From assembly GCA_016193315.1 (NCBI GenBank), contig JACPSJ010000001.1:599478-663477 (forward strand): a DNA stretch of 64,000 bases, read 5' to 3'. Source of the stretch: Candidatus Kerfeldbacteria bacterium (lineage in GTDB: Bacteria > Patescibacteriota > Patescibacteriia > SBBC01 > CAIJZX01). Position numbers and translations under genes: made by a program. Below are positions 63,974 through 64,000 of this stretch, piece after piece (the first letter of the stretch is position 1; each line of letters begins with the position of its first letter). Under the pieces are notes generated by a model. The model saw only the letters and a list, made by a program, of their open reading frames with translations. It did not search any database and had not been told where the DNA came from.

Positions 63974-64000
63974 CACCGTAGACTCAACCACGCCCCGCCG

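Noticed and set aside
1-64000. CRISPR array, rRNA genes, complete IS element or prophage
   Set aside because: No regularly spaced short direct repeats, no rRNA-like sequence, and no transposase or integrase ORF anywhere in the window. Only a phage-derived gam-like gene and short repeat relics were found.

Overview
High-GC (~60% by eye) bacterial chromosomal window of about 64 kb with dense coding on both strands. Recognisable housekeeping genes include a dcw/cell-wall block (mraZ-rsmH-ftsL-like-PBP-murF), a minimal 419-aa proS, a UvrD/PcrA helicase, lexA, dinB, ssb, uL10/bL12, mltG, a GDP-mannose pyrophosphorylase, pcm, a truncated tsaB-like gene, hutH, a dapF-like epimerase and a VanX-type dipeptidase. 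A tRNA-Tyr(GTA) lies at 23037..23122. The window is rich in membrane, Tat/Sec-secreted and surface proteins: two CHAP amidases, a metzincin, several anchored proteins with N/T/Q-rich linkers, and a 2029-aa VWA/Cna-B-like/DUF11 adhesin that ends in a LAxTG-type sorting signal. The most unusual locus is a visibly AT-richer, translationally coupled 7-gene operon on the minus strand (3467..10424). It has four tandem stand-alone 7TM modules paralogous to the N-terminal membrane sensor of the downstream histidine kinase, then a LuxI/FeeM-like N-acyltransferase, then a ThiF/MoeB-like E1, then the multi-TM/GAF/GAF histidine kinase itself. No response regulator is encoded in the window. Other notable points: three tandem copies of the dinB 5' end that differ almost only by synonymous changes; a pair of Tat-CHAP amidase genes that share a duplicated ~250-nt structured leader, one of which carries an in-frame amber stop; a metzincin gene frameshifted at an A5 run; a low-GC single SDR gene flanked by 36-bp direct repeats; a repeated 'cccgttag' inverted-repeat element next to both Y-family polymerase loci; a structured ~570-nt non-coding region; GC-rich palindromic intergenic elements; a Mu Gam-like gene; and an NDT/SLOG-like-RHH fusion beside a degenerate asparaginase-like gene. 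The truncated tsaB and minimal proS suggest a reduced-genome lineage, but that is inference only.
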